Shown here: piece by piece, positions 1-8,943 of the stretch
How positions within the stretch are numbered: position 1 is the first letter of the stretch
How the letters are laid out: each line of letters begins with the position of its first letter
DNA from: an uncultured archaeon
Lineage (GTDB): Archaea > Iainarchaeota > Iainarchaeia > Iainarchaeales > CSSED10-239
Assembly (NCBI GenBank): GCA_964496765.1
Contig: CAZCAP010000012.1
Location: forward strand, 1 to 25,088
Direction: 5' to 3'
Length of the DNA stretch: 25,088 bases
The notes under the pieces: generated by a model
Told to the model about the DNA's origin: nothing
The model's input: the letters and a program-made list of their open reading frames with translations, nothing else
The model's database searches: none
Position numbers and translations under genes: made by a program

Positions 1-1140
1 TTAGCAGTTGTTGTTCTTCTTTGTTTTGTTGTGGGAATACTTGTTGCTGTTTATATTTATCCTGATGAGAACACAACCATTGATCAAATAACATCTGATC
101 TTAATGGACTAAAGGATGATCTCAACTCAAAAATTAGTGATATTAATACAACAAATATAGCCACAGAGATTGAAGCAAAGAAAGATACTATTTATTCTGA
201 TATTGAAAAAAGATATCTCTATGGTTCTGCGGATAGAAACTTAGATGTTCAAGTAATTTTTTGCCCAGAGGATGATTGTTCTCTTAAGCTTGTTGAATTA
301 ATTAATGAAAGTAAGAAATCCATTGATTGTTCAATATATGATGTTGAACTTTCAAGTATCTCTGATGCCTTAGTGGATAGAAATAAATTAGGAGTTGCTT
401 TAAGAATCGTTAGTGACTATGAACAAGCATCTCAGAAAGCATCAAAGATTGGTGAACTTAAGGTTGGAGGAGCAAATGTAATTATTTCTCCAGAAAGTTA
501 TCCAATCATGCACAATAAATTTTGTGTGTTTGATAATGAGATTGTATGGGTTGGATCAATGAACTTTACTTTAAATGATTCAAGAAGGAATAATAATAAT
601 GTTTTGATTATTAATGATAAAGAGGTTGCTGATTTTTATACAAACAAGATTGATTATTTCTTTAGAGGCATCTTTAGTCCAAAAATTAATCCATCAATAG
701 AAACAAATAAAATAGGAAATGGTGAGTTCTATTTTTGTCCAGAAGATAATTGTGGAGCACATGTTATTTCAATGATCAATGATTCTAATCTCTCAATTGA
801 GTGTATGTTCTTTTCATTTACCTTAGATGATGCAGGAGATATAATGATTCAAAAGAACGTAGCTAAAAGAATTGTATTTGAAAATACCCAAAACAGTGTG
901 TATTCAGAATATGATAGGTTAAAGGAAAAAGGGATTCCTGTTCTTTTAGATAAAAATCCACAAAACATGCACAATAAATTTTGTGTAATAGACAACAAGA
1001 TAGTAATGACTGGTTCAATGAATTTATCAGTTAATGGAACTCAGAAAAATGATGAGTCTCTTTTGTTTATTTACAGTGAATCTCTGGCACAGGAGTATTT
1101 AGATTACTTTAATAAATATTGGAATGAATGGAATTTATAG
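1..1140 (+). CDS. Phospholipase D-like protein with two HKD motifs and an N-terminal hydrophobic segment; 5' end truncated by the window
   Basis: The reading frame is open from base 1 (LAVVVLLCFVVGILVAVYIY...), so the GTG at 31 is probably not the true start. Two HxKxxxxD motifs are present: MHNKFCVFDNEIVWVGSMNFT and MHNKFCVIDNKIVMTGSMNLS. Confidence 0.85.
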   Translation, partial: LAVVVLLCFVVGILVAVYIYPDENTTIDQITSDLNGLKDDLNSKISDINTTNIATEIEAKKDTIYSDIEKRYLYGSADRNLDVQVIFCPEDDCSLKLVELINESKKSIDCSIYDVELSSISDALVDRNKLGVALRIVSDYEQASQKASKIGELKVGGANVIISPESYPIMHNKFCVFDNEIVWVGSMNFTLNDSRRNNNNVLIINDKEVADFYTNKIDYFFRGIFSPKINPSIETNKIGNGEFYFCPEDNCGAHVISMINDSNLSIECMFFSFTLDDAGDIMIQKNVAKRIVFENTQNSVYSEYDRLKEKGIPVLLDKNPQNMHNKFCVIDNKIVMTGSMNLSVNGTQKNDESLLFIYSESLAQEYLDYFNKYWNEWNL

Positions 1141-1143
1141 ATC

Positions 1144-1686
1144 ATGAGCAAAAAAATTATTAAACCCAAAAAAATTAAAGTTTTTGAATTTAAAAAGTTA
1201 GAAAAGGTAAACCCCAGAGAAAATAAAAGATCTTTTCCAATCCCTGAAATCAAAATGAATAGGGAACAGGGGCTAATAAGTGCAAAAAGATTGTGTGCCC
1301 ACTTCAAGATGGAAGGAAATGAAATTATTATTTATAGATTTTCAAATAATCTACGAGTCTTCTCAGAAAGTAGTTCAATAACCGAGATGACTGCAGTAAT
1401 TAATAAACTAAAATATTTTGCTAAAAAAAATAATGTGAAACAAATAAGCATACCTGTTTTCTCAAAAGAACATTCAAAAATATTTACTTATTTTGGTTTC
1501 ATGGAACCACCTTTAACTAAAATACAAGCCTATAACACTAAATTAAAATCACTTGGGATTAAGGGAATTGAAGAAATAATTGATAATAACCATTTTTTTG
1601 TGATGGATAATAAAAATAAAATAAGTGTTCTAGAAAACAAAGAACTACATAAATATATACCTTTTTGTGTATCTAAAGTAAATTAA
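1144..1686 (+). CDS. Hypothetical protein (180 aa)
   Basis: ORF starting 3 nt after the PLD-like stop on the same strand. No family recognised. Confidence 0.6.
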   Translation: MSKKIIKPKKIKVFEFKKLEKVNPRENKRSFPIPEIKMNREQGLISAKRLCAHFKMEGNEIIIYRFSNNLRVFSESSSITEMTAVINKLKYFAKKNNVKQISIPVFSKEHSKIFTYFGFMEPPLTKIQAYNTKLKSLGIKGIEEIIDNNHFFVMDNKNKISVLENKELHKYIPFCVSKVN

Positions 1687-1753
1687 ATAATAATTAAGTA
1701 ATAAAAAATTTATTTATAAATGTATTGCTACTTATATTATTTATATAATATAT

Positions 1754-1825
1754 GGGGCTGTAGTGTAGTGGTTAGCATTTAAGCTTTGGGAGCTTACGAC
1801 CCCCGTTCAAATCGGGGCAGCCTCA
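1754..1825 (+). tRNA. tRNA-Pro (anticodon UGG), no encoded CCA
   Basis: Folded by eye. Acceptor GGGGCTG/CAGCCTC (one G-U). D arm GTGT-AGTGGTTA-GCAT. Anticodon arm TAAGC-TTTGGGA-GCTTA (anticodon TGG, G37). T arm CCCCG-TTCAAAT-CGGGG. Discriminator A. Confidence 0.95.
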
Positions 1826-1853
1826 CTCTTTATTTTAAATGGAAAGGTAAGCT

Positions 1854-2543
1854 ATGCCCAAAAGAAAATCTCCAACTAAACACGTACAATTAAGTTTGTT
1901 TAATGGAGAGCACAAAGTTGAGTTGCCAAAGCCTCCAAGACTTAAAAAAACTAATTTTATTACATTAAGAGAGCGCTTTAATAAATTTTCAAATAAGGAA
2001 GATTTTCAAAAAAATAAGCATAAAATATTTGAAGATCTTAAAAGAAGATATAATAAATATGATGTAAACCATCATGAACAAAAAGAAATTAAATTTGGTA
2101 AAAACTTTATTGCTGATGTGAGAATAGATCTAACAAAAAGATTGAATCTAATTCAAGAATATCTAATTAATAATATAGAAAAGGAAACAAAACATAATAT
2201 TCTTTTAAAGAATAAAGAAAACAAAGCACTCTATAGATTGATGTTTGTGTACAAGAGAGAAGGAATTGACCTCTTAAACAAATTAGATTGGATAGATAAA
2301 GATATGGATTATATTCATCAAACCGGGCCAACAGAATTAAGATTTGCGCGTAGCTCACAAGATGTTAATGAGATAAGTCAAGCAATTTCTGATAAAAGCT
2401 CAACCATTGATAGGAAAAAAGTGAAATTCATTGATGGCTATTGTACTTTCAGAGCAAAATATTCTATTCTTTCTGATATTAAATTTTTAAATGAGTTTGC
2501 TCCAAGATTTAATCTTAAGTTTGAAGAATCTAAAAAATTTTAA
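1854..2543 (+). CDS. Hypothetical basic/charged protein (229 aa)
   Basis: ATG at 1854 preceded by GGAAAGGTAAG. Starts 28 nt after the tRNA-Pro end. No family recognised. Confidence 0.6.
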   Translation: MPKRKSPTKHVQLSLFNGEHKVELPKPPRLKKTNFITLRERFNKFSNKEDFQKNKHKIFEDLKRRYNKYDVNHHEQKEIKFGKNFIADVRIDLTKRLNLIQEYLINNIEKETKHNILLKNKENKALYRLMFVYKREGIDLLNKLDWIDKDMDYIHQTGPTELRFARSSQDVNEISQAISDKSSTIDRKKVKFIDGYCTFRAKYSILSDIKFLNEFAPRFNLKFEESKKF

Positions 2544-2566
2544 AATTGTTTTATTGAGATGAGAAT

Positions 2567-3055
2567 ATGCCAGGACCACTAAAACCTAGGGGAATAAGTC
2601 CAGAGAAAATAAGAGAAGCAGCAAAAAAAGGTGGCTTCAAAGCCTTTATAAGTTCTAGGGCAAAACGAAGAAGCATGGCATTGGAGCGTAGAAAAAAAGA
2701 ACTTAATAATCTTTCGATTATTGATAAGGAAAATAAAATTTTATCCAATCATCAAAGATACTTTATTCAATTGGAAGAATTATATAATAAGAAATATATA
2801 TCTTCAACTGAACCCTATAAACAATTAAGTTCAATTAAGAAACAATTACTAAATGATTATTTTTCTTTCCTAACTAAATTAAAAGAAGAAAATAGTTTAC
2901 TGCGTTCTATGCTAACTCAAATAAAAGAAGCAAAAGCAGGTAATAGGGACAAACTAATTAGTGAATATTTGAAACGTGAAGAACAATTTCTGGAAAAATT
3001 AAAGACATTAGCTGATGTTTGGCAGAATAATAGAATGCGCACCTTTGGGCCTTGA
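2567..3055 (+). CDS. Hypothetical coiled-coil-like protein (162 aa)
   Basis: ATG at 2567 preceded by GAGATGAG. Starts 23 nt after the previous stop, so probably cotranscribed. Lys/Glu-rich helical composition. Confidence 0.6.
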   Translation: MPGPLKPRGISPEKIREAAKKGGFKAFISSRAKRRSMALERRKKELNNLSIIDKENKILSNHQRYFIQLEELYNKKYISSTEPYKQLSSIKKQLLNDYFSFLTKLKEENSLLRSMLTQIKEAKAGNRDKLISEYLKREEQFLEKLKTLADVWQNNRMRTFGP

Positions 3056-3132
3056 TTTCCAGTTAACCAATCCTTTTTTAAATAATTAGCAGATATAATA
3101 TATTATTATATAATAAATATAGGTAATAATTT

Positions 3133-4596
3133 ATGGTATCAAGCGAAGAATATAAGATTGAAGATTTTAATGAATGGTTTAATGATATAATCTTTAAGGC
3201 AGAACTTGCTGATCAAAGATATAATATCAAAGGTTTTGTTGTGTTTAGACCATGGTCAGTTTATTCCATTAGCTTGATGTTTAGATTGTATGAAGACAAA
3301 CTAAATGATACTGGACATCAGCAGGTAATCATGCCTACTCTTATACCTGAAGAAAACTTTCTAAAGGAAGCAGAGCATGTTGAAGGATTTACTCCAGAAG
3401 TGTTTTGGGTAACAGAACATGGTTCTGAGAAGTTTGAAAATAAATATGCACTAAGACCAACAAGTGAAACTGCTTTTTATTTTATGTTTAAATATTGGTT
3501 ACAGAGCTATAAGGATCTTCCAATGAAAACATACCAGAGAGCTAATGTTTTTAGATATGATTCTAAAGCAACTAAGCCTTTCATAAGAGGAAGAGAATTT
3601 TATTGGTATGAAACACATAATATTTTTGAAACCATTGAAGATGCAGAGGAACAGGTTCTTGAGGATATGCAAATAACTGAAGAAATGTTACATATTGCGT
3701 TTGGTATTCCATTTATATTTTTTAAAAGACCACAGTGGGATAAATTTCCTGGTGCAATAAATACTTTTGCTGCTGATGCAATTATTCCAAATGGTAGAGT
3801 ACTTCAATTACCATCAACCCATGTTTTAGGAGATAAGTTTACTAAAACATTTGATGTTAAGTTTAAGGATAAGGATGAAGAAGTTAAATATGCCTATGGA
3901 ACATGCTATGGTCCAGCAATTTCAAGAATATATGGTGGAATGATTTGTGTTCATGGGGATAAACTTGGTTTAAGATTACCATTTGATTTAGCACCAATAC
4001 AGGTAATAATTACTCCTTTATACTTTAAGGATGAAGATAATGAAAAAGTTGAAAAATTAAGTATTGAGATTGCTGAGAATCTAGATAAGCTTGGTTATAA
4101 GGTTAAGATTGATGATCAAAAGGAAAAAACTCCAAAAGAAAGATTTACTTTCTATGAAATGAAAGGGGTTCCAGTTAGAATAGAGATTGGTCCTAAGGAT
4201 ATATTTGAAGGAGTTGCAACCTTTTTCAGACGTGATCTTAATGAAAAATATAAGGTATACCTTGCAGATATTTATGATGAAATAAAAAAAATAAAAGAAG
4301 AGTTTATTACAAATCTTAGAGAGCAAGCAGACATGGCTTTCGAAGAAAAGATTGTTACAGTTACAACCTATGATGATTTAAAAGAAGTTATTGAAAGTGA
4401 TCAGGTAGCAAGAGTTCCTCTCTGTTCAATTGACATGGATGGGAAAGCCTGTGCTGATGATATTAAAGCAGACACCAAGGGTGGGGAAGTAAGAGGAACA
4501 AGAATGGACTATGAAGATGTTCCTGACGAAGAAGCAATTTGTGTGGTTTGTGGAAAGAAAGCAGATTGCATGGTCTATGTTGGTAAGAGTTATTAA
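3133..4596 (+). CDS. proS: Prolyl-tRNA synthetase, archaeal/eukaryal type (class II)
   Basis: Class II signatures LRPTSETAFYFMFKYW and FRYDSKATKPFIRGREFYWYE. C-terminal CVVCGKKADCMVYVGKSY, typical of the archaeal/eukaryal ProRS C-terminal domain ending in Tyr. Confidence 0.93.
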   Translation: MVSSEEYKIEDFNEWFNDIIFKAELADQRYNIKGFVVFRPWSVYSISLMFRLYEDKLNDTGHQQVIMPTLIPEENFLKEAEHVEGFTPEVFWVTEHGSEKFENKYALRPTSETAFYFMFKYWLQSYKDLPMKTYQRANVFRYDSKATKPFIRGREFYWYETHNIFETIEDAEEQVLEDMQITEEMLHIAFGIPFIFFKRPQWDKFPGAINTFAADAIIPNGRVLQLPSTHVLGDKFTKTFDVKFKDKDEEVKYAYGTCYGPAISRIYGGMICVHGDKLGLRLPFDLAPIQVIITPLYFKDEDNEKVEKLSIEIAENLDKLGYKVKIDDQKEKTPKERFTFYEMKGVPVRIEIGPKDIFEGVATFFRRDLNEKYKVYLADIYDEIKKIKEEFITNLREQADMAFEEKIVTVTTYDDLKEVIESDQVARVPLCSIDMDGKACADDIKADTKGGEVRGTRMDYEDVPDEEAICVVCGKKADCMVYVGKSY

Positions 4597-4638
4597 TTTA
4601 TATTTTGTTAATTCATTATTCAGAAGAGGGGGTTTGTT

Positions 4639-5598
4639 ATGAGTAATATTGAATATAATTATAAAAATCTTAATTTTATAACATGCTTGGGGAATGCATC
4701 AGGTCCCTGCTGTACTACTTTTGAAGAGTTATCTGAAATTGGTAAATCAGATGCAGGTGCAATTACAATAAAATCAGCAACAATTGAACCAAGAGAGGGG
4801 AATCCAAAACCACGTTATTTTGAGAATAATTAATTATCCATAAATTCTATGGGATTGCCTAATCCAGGTTACAAAGAACTTGCAGAAATGATTCCAAAAC
4901 TTAAACAATATAATAAGCCAATCATTGCAAGTATTTCTGGTTTTTCCAAACAAGATTATCTAGAGATGATAAAAGAGTTTGATAGTAAAGGTGCAGATAT
5001 TTTTGAATTAAATCTATCCTGTCCAAACGTTGTTGGAAAGCCACAAGCAGGATATAATTTTGAATATTCTAAAGATGTTCTTGAATCTGCAAGAAAATTA
5101 ACAAATAAGCCAATTGCTGTCAAGCTACCTCCTTATTTGGATCAAGTTCACCAAAAACAAATTGCAGATATTCTAATAGATGCAAAAATTGATTTTGCGG
5201 TTCTAATTAATTCACTTGGAAATTGTTTAGTTATTGATCCTGATAAAGAAGAGGCAGTTATTAAACCCAAGAAAGGGTTAGGTGGACTTGGTGGAGATAT
5301 TATAAAACCTGTTGCTTTAGGAAATGTGTTTGGTTTTTATCAATTATTAAATAACAAAGTTAAAATAATTGGATGTGGAGGAATCACAACTGGAACAGAT
5401 GTGTTTGAGTTTATTCTTGCGGGAGCAGACATGGTTCAGATAGCAACTACCTATGCAAAAGAAGGAGCAGGTTCATTTAATAGAATATCAAAAGAATTAC
5501 AGGATCTAATGCAAAAGAAAGGATATAAGAGTTTAGATGATTTTAGAGGTAAGCTCAAAGAAAAGTCTGACGAAGAATATAATTTTAATGTGAAATAA
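4639..5598 (+). pseudogene. pyrD: Dihydroorotate dehydrogenase (class 1A-like), interrupted by an in-frame TAA at 4831-4833
   Basis: Fragments 4639..4833 (...KSATIEPREGNPKPRYFENN*) and 4849..5598 (MGLPNPGYKELAEM...LNLSCPNVVGKPQAGYNF...) are in the same frame. The codons between them read LSINS, restoring the expected REGNPxPRY...INSMGLPNPG motif. It could be a pseudogene, an assembly error or recoding. Confidence 0.9.
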
Positions 5599-5613
5599 AA
5601 GGAGGAATAAATT

Positions 5614-6288
5614 ATGAGTGTAGGAAAAGAAATCGCAAAGGTGTCTTTAAGTATAGGTTCAATTAAGTTAAGACCAAATGATCCATTCACCTGGGCATCA
5701 GGCTATAGAATGCCAATCTATAATGATAATAGAATGCTATTATTTTATCCAGAATATAGAAAATTAATTATTAAAGGATTTAAGCAAATAATTAAAAAAG
5801 AAAACATTGAATGCGATGTTATTGCAGGCACATCAACAGCAGGAATCCCTCATGCTGCTCTTTTAGCAGAATTATTGAAAAAACCAATGATATATATTAG
5901 AGATAAACCAAAGGATCATGGACTTAAAAATCAAATAGAAGGTCTAGATGCAGATAAAGATTTAGAGGGTAAAAAAGTAATTGTTATTGAAGATCTAATC
6001 TCAACAGGCGGTTCATCAGCAAAAGCAGTTCAGGCAGTGAGAGATGCAAAAGGGAAGGTTGAATATTGTTTAGCAATATTTAGCTATGGGCTTGATAAGG
6101 CAAAGAGTGAATTTGATGTATTACCAGAGAAGACAGAGGTAAGATCTATTCTAACCTATGATATTCTTCTTAAGACTGCAAAAGCAATAAATTATTTAAC
6201 AAGTGATCAAATAAAATTACTTGCTAACTGGAGGAAAGATCCATTTAATTGGGGAGAAAAAAATGGATTTCCAAAAATAGAAAAGTGA
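5614..6288 (+). CDS. pyrE: Orotate phosphoribosyltransferase
   Basis: PRPP-binding motif VIVIEDLISTGGSS, plus AGTSTAGIPHAALLAELL. SD AAAGGAGG upstream of ATG 5614. Confidence 0.93.
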   Translation: MSVGKEIAKVSLSIGSIKLRPNDPFTWASGYRMPIYNDNRMLLFYPEYRKLIIKGFKQIIKKENIECDVIAGTSTAGIPHAALLAELLKKPMIYIRDKPKDHGLKNQIEGLDADKDLEGKKVIVIEDLISTGGSSAKAVQAVRDAKGKVEYCLAIFSYGLDKAKSEFDVLPEKTEVRSILTYDILLKTAKAINYLTSDQIKLLANWRKDPFNWGEKNGFPKIEK

Positions 6289-6297
6289 GGTGAAATA

Positions 6298-7242
6298 ATG
6301 AGGATTGATCCACACGTTCATTGTAGGGATGGAAATCAAAACTATAAAGATACTATTAAGCACATTTTCAAGGTTTGTGATGAACAGGGAGTAGATAAAA
6401 TATTTGATATGCCAAACACATCCCCTCCAATAGTAAATGAGAAAGATGTAATTGAAAGATTAAATCTGGTCCCACAGGAAGCAAAGGAAAGATATCATTT
6501 ATATATTGGAGCAACATCTAATCCAAAACAACTTCAGGACGCAGCAGAAATTGTAAAAAAGTATAATGAAGTAATTGGGATTAAATTTTTTGCTGGTCAA
6601 TCGGTTGGAGATCTTGCAATTATTCCAGAAGATAAGCAAAAACTAGTTTACAAGACATTAGCAGAAAACAATTATAAAGGAGTTATTGCATTGCATTGTG
6701 AAAAGGAAGAATTTATTGATAATAGTAAATTTAATCCTAAAGAACCAATTACACATTCATATTCTAGACCAATTGTTTCAGAAGTTGAATCCATTAGAGA
6801 TCAAATTAAGTTTGCAAAAGAATTTAGTTTCAAAGGCACACTACATGTTTGTCATGTGTCCTCTTCAGAATCAGTTAATCTAATTAATTCAGAAGAAGAT
6901 ATAAAAATAACCTGTGCAGTAACACCACACCATATTCTTTGGGACAATAGTATGCTAGGTAGGGAAGATGGGTTACTGTATAAGATGAATCCTCCACTAA
7001 GAGAAAGAGAAGAAGTTAATTCTTTAAAAAACGATCTTCTTAAAGGTAAAATTAATTGGATAGAGACTGATCATGCATCACACGCAATTGGAGAAAAGCT
7101 TTTCTCTCCATACATGTCAGGGTTTCCATCCTTATATCTTTATAAAAAATTTATTGAAGAATATTTGCCAGAACTTGGTTTATCTTCTGAACAAATAAAT
7201 AAACTAACATATGATAACATAGTTGAAGTATTTAAAATATAA
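6298..7242 (+). CDS. pyrC: Dihydroorotase
   Basis: N-terminal metal-binding DPHVHCRDG, candidate carbamylated Lys in GIKFFAG, ALHCE, HVCHVSS and ETDHASH. Lies within the pyr cluster. Confidence 0.9.
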   Translation: MRIDPHVHCRDGNQNYKDTIKHIFKVCDEQGVDKIFDMPNTSPPIVNEKDVIERLNLVPQEAKERYHLYIGATSNPKQLQDAAEIVKKYNEVIGIKFFAGQSVGDLAIIPEDKQKLVYKTLAENNYKGVIALHCEKEEFIDNSKFNPKEPITHSYSRPIVSEVESIRDQIKFAKEFSFKGTLHVCHVSSSESVNLINSEEDIKITCAVTPHHILWDNSMLGREDGLLYKMNPPLREREEVNSLKNDLLKGKINWIETDHASHAIGEKLFSPYMSGFPSLYLYKKFIEEYLPELGLSSEQINKLTYDNIVEVFKI

Positions 7243-7259
7243 AAAAGGAGTTGATTAAC

Positions 7260-8246
7260 ATGATAGCAGATAAAATGTTAGATAAAATCGATGAAATGCA
7301 AAATCCTTGTGTTGTTGGGCTTGATCCTGTTATTGAAAAAGTACCAAAACATCTTCTCAAAGGAGATTCTTTTGAAGATGTTGCAGATGCTTTTAGAAAA
7401 TTTAATTTTGCAATAATTGATAGTGTTGCAGATATTATTCCAATAGTTAAGCCACAGATTGCTTTTTATGAAAAATATGGGGTGCCTGGCTTAAAAGCAT
7501 TTAAAGATATTGTTGATTATGCGCATTCAAAGGGAATGATTGTAATAGAAGATGGTAAGCGTAATGATATTGCAACAACTGCACAAGCATATGCTGATGG
7601 GCATTTAGGAGTTGTTCAAACAGAACTTGGTAAGAGGCCATCATTAAATGTGGATTTATTAACTGTAAATGGATATCTTGGAAGTGATGGGTTAACTCCA
7701 TTTGCATCAGTTTGTAAAGAATTTGGAAAAGGTGTTTTCATATTAGTGAAAACAAGTAATCCTAGTTCAGGAGAACTTCAAGATAGATTAATTGATATTA
7801 CTCCAGAAGAAGAAAGTAAATTGGTTTCTGATGGTATACCTATAAAAGATCACAAAACCACTGTTTATAATCTTATGGCTATTCAAGTAAACAAATATGC
7901 AGAACAGGATATTGGAAAAAGAGGATATTCTTCAATTGGTGCTGTTGTTGGTGCAACATATCCATCTCAAGCCGAGGAACTTAGAAAGATTATGCCAAAA
8001 TCAATATTCCTTGTTCCTGGATATGGTGCTCAAGGTGGGAAGTCCAAAGATTTAGTAAATTGTTTCAATAAGGATGGATATGGTGCTGTAGTTAATTCAT
8101 CAAGAGAGATAATATATGCTTATCAAAAGACTGACGATCCTTTGAAATTTGCTGAAGCATCAAGAGCAGCAGCACAAGCAATGATTAAAGATATACGTGG
8201 TGCTCTAAAAGAGAGTGGTAAATATCCAGCAAATTGGAAAGATTAA
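7260..8246 (+). CDS. pyrF: Orotidine 5'-phosphate decarboxylase, long (type 2) form
   Basis: CVVGLDP, VKPQIAFYEKYG, IEDGKRNDIATTAQAYADGHLG, VGATYP. The track starts at TTG 7251, but AAAAAAGGAG ends at 7250, so ATG 7260 is the better start. Confidence 0.9.
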   Translation: MIADKMLDKIDEMQNPCVVGLDPVIEKVPKHLLKGDSFEDVADAFRKFNFAIIDSVADIIPIVKPQIAFYEKYGVPGLKAFKDIVDYAHSKGMIVIEDGKRNDIATTAQAYADGHLGVVQTELGKRPSLNVDLLTVNGYLGSDGLTPFASVCKEFGKGVFILVKTSNPSSGELQDRLIDITPEEESKLVSDGIPIKDHKTTVYNLMAIQVNKYAEQDIGKRGYSSIGAVVGATYPSQAEELRKIMPKSIFLVPGYGAQGGKSKDLVNCFNKDGYGAVVNSSREIIYAYQKTDDPLKFAEASRAAAQAMIKDIRGALKESGKYPANWKD

Positions 8247-8273
8247 TATCTCTCAGATAATATAAATAACATA

Positions 8274-8308
8274 ATAAGAATCATTAGATTTGATTCTTAT
8301 CTTTTTTT
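8274..8308 (+). terminator. Hairpin + T-rich tail downstream of pyrF
   Basis: Perfect 10-bp stem ATAAGAATCA (8274-8283) / TGATTCTTAT (8291-8300), 7-nt loop, then CTTTTTTTC. Confidence 0.7.
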
Positions 8309-8340
8309 CTTATTTTTAAATCTTTTGTGTATTTGAGCGA

Positions 8341-8378
8341 GAATACAAAAGAATACATTTTTTAAATACATTGTATTC
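8341..8378. promoter_or_regulatory. Candidate operator/promoter of the PIN-UPF0175-like module
   Basis: GAATACAA (8341-8348) is inversely repeated as TTGTATTC (8371-8378). An inner palindrome AATACA-T-TGTATT (8365-8377) overlaps the TATA-like TTTAAATA (8361-8368), about 24 nt before ATG 8389. Confidence 0.5.
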
Positions 8379-8388
8379 TTTTATATTT

Positions 8389-8943
8389 ATGCCAATAAAT
8401 TCAAAAGCTTCAAAAAAAATTGCAATTGTTGATTCATCTTTCTGGATAAACATAAATAGAGTTGGATTAATTGATAATTTATTAGAAAGATTTGAATTAG
8501 TCTTTACATCAAAAGTAGAAAATGAATTATTAATTAATTCAAAATTATTTTATACTCCAAGAGATATAATTACATACAATAGATTAAAAGAAATTGGTTT
8601 AATTAATATAAAAGACCCAGAGAGTATTTCAGCTAATTTGTATAATCAATTATGTAAAACCTCTGGAGAAATTCCAACCATTGCTCTTGCAATTGAACTT
8701 GATGCAGCAGTACTTGTAGATAATAGTGCTGCAATTGAATATTGTAATAAAAATAAAATATATATAATAAATACAATTAATTTTATTTTATATAATTATA
8801 AAATAGATAAACTAAATTTTGAGCAGGCTTTAGAAAAAATAGAAATCTTGAAGCCATTTGTTAGACGCAAATATATTAATCAAGATTTAGATTTATTAAA
8901 TCAAATTAAAGGTGAAAAATATGGTATTAAAAAAAATAAATAA
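8389..8943 (+). CDS. PIN-like (VapC/DUF3368-like) putative toxin
   Basis: N-terminal IAIVDSSFWI, acidic KVENELL, then GEIPTIALAIELDAAVLVDN, all PIN-like. The track starts at TTG 8371; ATG 8389 fits the TATA spacing better. Confidence 0.7.
   Translation: MPINSKASKKIAIVDSSFWININRVGLIDNLLERFELVFTSKVENELLINSKLFYTPRDIITYNRLKEIGLINIKDPESISANLYNQLCKTSGEIPTIALAIELDAAVLVDNSAAIEYCNKNKIYIINTINFILYNYKIDKLNFEQALEKIEILKPFVRRKYINQDLDLLNQIKGEKYGIKKNK

Noticed and set aside
4834-4860. Interpreting 4849..5598 as an independent intact gene starting at ATG 4849
   Set aside because: No SD upstream, the start falls inside the conserved INSMGLPNPG motif, and the upstream fragment is in the same frame. An interrupted pyrD is the simpler reading.
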